A stretch of DNA of 64,000 bases, taken from the NCBI GenBank assembly GCA_963791045.1, contig CAWBQK010000017.1, forward strand, positions 32,001 through 96,000, given 5' to 3'. Below, one piece after another: positions 61,464 to 64,000 of this stretch. Below the pieces are notes generated by a model. It had not been told where the DNA came from, did not search any database, and worked only from the letters and a program-made list of their open reading frames with translations. Origin of the DNA: Candidatus Latescibacterota bacterium. Its GTDB lineage: Bacteria; Krumholzibacteriota; Krumholzibacteriia; WVZY01. Both the position numbers and the translations under genes were made by a program. The stretch's first letter is position 1. Each line of letters opens with the position of its first letter.

Positions 61464-62330
61464 GTGGAAGATACAAAACAATCGTCAGGCGGTCTCCGCT
61501 ACATGCTGGCGGCGGCGTTTTTTTTTAGTTTGATGAGCGTGATCGTCAAAATCGCGGGGCGGCGGCTTCCGACGGCAGAGATCGTTTTTGCCCGAAGTGT
61601 CGTCATGCTCGCGATATCGTTTGTGATGGTTCGCCGCCTGGGGCTTCCGTTGTGGGGGAATAGAAAGGCTCTGCTGATACTCCGGGGTGTATCCGGGTTT
61701 GGCGCGCTTTTTTGTTTCTTTTATGCGATAACGAAACTGCCGCTTGCCGATATCACCGTTATTCATTTTACCAACCCTGCTTTTACGGCCGTTTTCGCGG
61801 CCATCTTTCTCAAGGAATCGATGCGTCCGCTGGAAGTGTTGGGACTTTTAATCTGTCTCACCGGCGTAATCCTGGTCGCGCAACCTGACTTTATCTTTGG
61901 GGAGAACGCGAGGAGCCTGGATTTGTTCGCGGTCGGCGTGGGGATAACCGCATCGGTATTGTCTTCGATCGCGTACACAACAGTGCGCAAGCTCGGGGAA
62001 TCCGAACACCACATGGTTGTGATCTTCTATTTTCCGTTGATTTCCGTGGGGGCGGTGATTCCGTTCATGATGGGCGGGATGCTCACCCCGACACCGGTCG
62101 AGTGGCTGCTGTTGCTCGGTGTCGGCATCGTGACCCTCATCGCCCAGGTATTCCTGACGAAGGGGCTTTACAGGGAACGGGCCGGCCGGGCGATGTCCGT
62201 CAGTTACGTGCAAGTGATATTCGCGGCCGTGTGGGGAATTCTTTTCTTTAACGAGTCACCCAACTCGATTGCAGTGGCGGGTGCGCTCTTGATATTCGGA
62301 GGGACTTTGTTCGTGGCGCGGAGATCTTGA
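61464..62330 (+). CDS. DMT/EamA family transporter
   Basis: About 10 TM segments in two EamA repeats; EIVFARS, FTNPAF..FLKE. Confidence 0.9.
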   Translation: MEDTKQSSGGLRYMLAAAFFFSLMSVIVKIAGRRLPTAEIVFARSVVMLAISFVMVRRLGLPLWGNRKALLILRGVSGFGALFCFFYAITKLPLADITVIHFTNPAFTAVFAAIFLKESMRPLEVLGLLICLTGVILVAQPDFIFGENARSLDLFAVGVGITASVLSSIAYTTVRKLGESEHHMVVIFYFPLISVGAVIPFMMGGMLTPTPVEWLLLLGVGIVTLIAQVFLTKGLYRERAGRAMSVSYVQVIFAAVWGILFFNESPNSIAVAGALLIFGGTLFVARRS

Positions 62331-62426
62331 GACCGTCGTGGTGGTTTTCACTCTTATGCCTTGAAGAAAAGGGAAAATAGAGTGATAATGTCTACCGCGG
62401 AAAAGCCCTTTTGGAGGTAATTATAC

Positions 62427-64000
62427 ATGAGGTTCGAGTTTAAGCCATTTGGTGAGATGACGCCGGAGGACTACGACAAGATAGGCCTCAAGGCCGGTCT
62501 GGAAATCCACCAGCAACTCCTCACTGAGAAAAAGCTGTTTTGCCGTTGTCCGGCCGGCCACTACAGCAACGAGTACGACGCCGAGATACTCCGTCACATG
62601 CGCCCCACGCTATCGGAACTGGGCGAGTACGACGGGACGGCGCTCATGGAATTCAAGACAAAAAAAGAAATCATCTACCGAATCAAAAGCGAGACCGTTT
62701 GTACATACGAGATGGATGATACGCCCCCGTTTATGATCAACGAGCAGGCGCTTGATATCGCTGTTGAAGTCGCGCTCCTTCTCAATTTGAATTTGGTAAA
62801 TGAACTCCATATTGCCCGCAAACAATATCTCGACGGGAGCATCCCGACCGGTTTCCAGCGCACAACCATCCTTGGCGTCGATGGATGGATTCCGTACAAA
62901 GACAGAAAAATCGGGATCACTCAACTGGGTTTGAAGAGGACGCGTGCAGGGAAGTGTCTGATATCGGTCATGAGCGGATTTACCTGACGGATCGGCTCGG
63001 AATGCCGTTGATCGAACCGGTAACACAACCGGATATGCGAACACCCCAGGAAGTGGCGGAAGTCGGCGAAGATGTTGCGCAAACTCGTGAGGGCGACGGG
63101 CAAGGTTCGGACCGGTCATGGCGCCGGCCGGGAAGATGTCAATGTGAGATATGGAGGGTGGCCGAAGAGTCGAGATCAAGGGCGTCCCGAGCCTCGTCCG
63201 CGTGCCGTTCTTGATATACAACGAGGCGATGCGGCAGTGGAATCTTTTGAGGATCCGCGACATCCTTGCCGACCGCGGGATCACGACGGAGACATTTTCC
63301 TCCGCGAGTGAAAACGTTACGCGGGCGTTGTCCGGTGTTCAGTACGCGCCGATTGAACTGGCGCTGGAACGCGGCGAGGAAGCTTTTTGTGTCAAGCTCG
63401 AAGGGTACGCCGGAATACTGAACGAGAAGACGCAGACCGACACAACGTTCGCCAAAGAAATTTCGGACAGAATCCGGGTCATCGCCTGTTTGACGAGTTT
63501 GCCGAATATGGCCCATTCGGGTTTGGCGTCCGAAACGCTGGCGCCACCGCGGCCTGGAAAAAAATCCGGCAAAAGGTTCGTGCAACGGAACGCGATGCGG
63601 TCGTTCTGGTGTGGGGCCATCGGGTCGATGCCGAGTGCGCCTGTTTGGAGATCGTGTCGAGGGCGAAAGAGGCTCTCGAAGGTGTCCCAAGCGAGACCCG
63701 GCAAGCTCTCACCGATGGCACCAACGGGTTCGAACGGATTCTCCCCGGTCCGGACGGATGTATCCGGATACGGATCTCCCCCCGATGGCGCTCAGCAGTG
63801 AGCGCGTGGAAAAAGCGAGGGCATGCATGCCCAAACCACCGTGGGAGAGGGGTGTCAAAGTTACGAGTCGCGATTGGGCTTCCCGACGACATGATGGAAA
63901 CGTTGACGTGTCGCCGAGGGCCGTTTGTTCGATCGATTGACGAACGGACCTTGATGTGGCACGCCGGTTCTACCGCGGCCATGTTTAGCCAACACGCCAA
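62427..64000 (+). CDS. gatE: Glu-tRNA(Gln) amidotransferase subunit GatE (archaeal type); 3'-truncated and multiply frameshifted
   Basis: GLKAGLEIHQQL, KLFCRCP, MRPTLSELGEYD, DDTPP, RKQYLDGSIPTGFQRT, EEDACR, DRLGMPLIE, G.GREDVNV, RVEIKGV, GVPSETR, RMYPDTDLPP. Confidence 0.88.

Overview
Gene-dense bacterial chromosomal segment with no rRNA, CRISPR, integrase or transposase. The TWGxIK-tailed secreted proteins tentatively suggest an FCB-group candidate phylum such as Krumholzibacteriota/Latescibacterota (inference only). Core content: tRNA-Leu-tig-clpP-clpX-lon-engB, a class V aminotransferase plus serA-like gene, purA, tRNA-Lys, tRNA-Glu, greA, rlmB, tex, sahR-ahcY, and many secreted or lipoprotein genes. 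The best candidate for an undescribed system is a minus-strand operon at 51217-55258. It encodes a TetR regulator, a ~10-11-heme cytochrome c lipoprotein with an in-frame UGA (DDG-U-GG) followed by a bacterial SECIS-like hairpin, and a four-domain rhodanese lipoprotein; this looks like a selenocysteine-based extracytoplasmic sulfur/selenium redox module that the ORF track splits into fragments. Other notable items: a DnaE paralog with eroded catalytic motifs but a C-terminal clamp-binding motif; archaeal-type GatE; a split methionine synthase fed by a non-pyrrolysine MttB; a MauG-like diheme enzyme + Tat metallophosphoesterase + SoxA-like cytochrome triad; and a small islet with gene remnants after tRNA-Glu. 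Single-base indels cluster at about 26.3-28.1 kb, 50.6-54.3 kb and 62.9-64 kb and look like sequencing or assembly errors, so calls there need read-level confirmation. All calls come from reading motifs by eye; no database searches were run.
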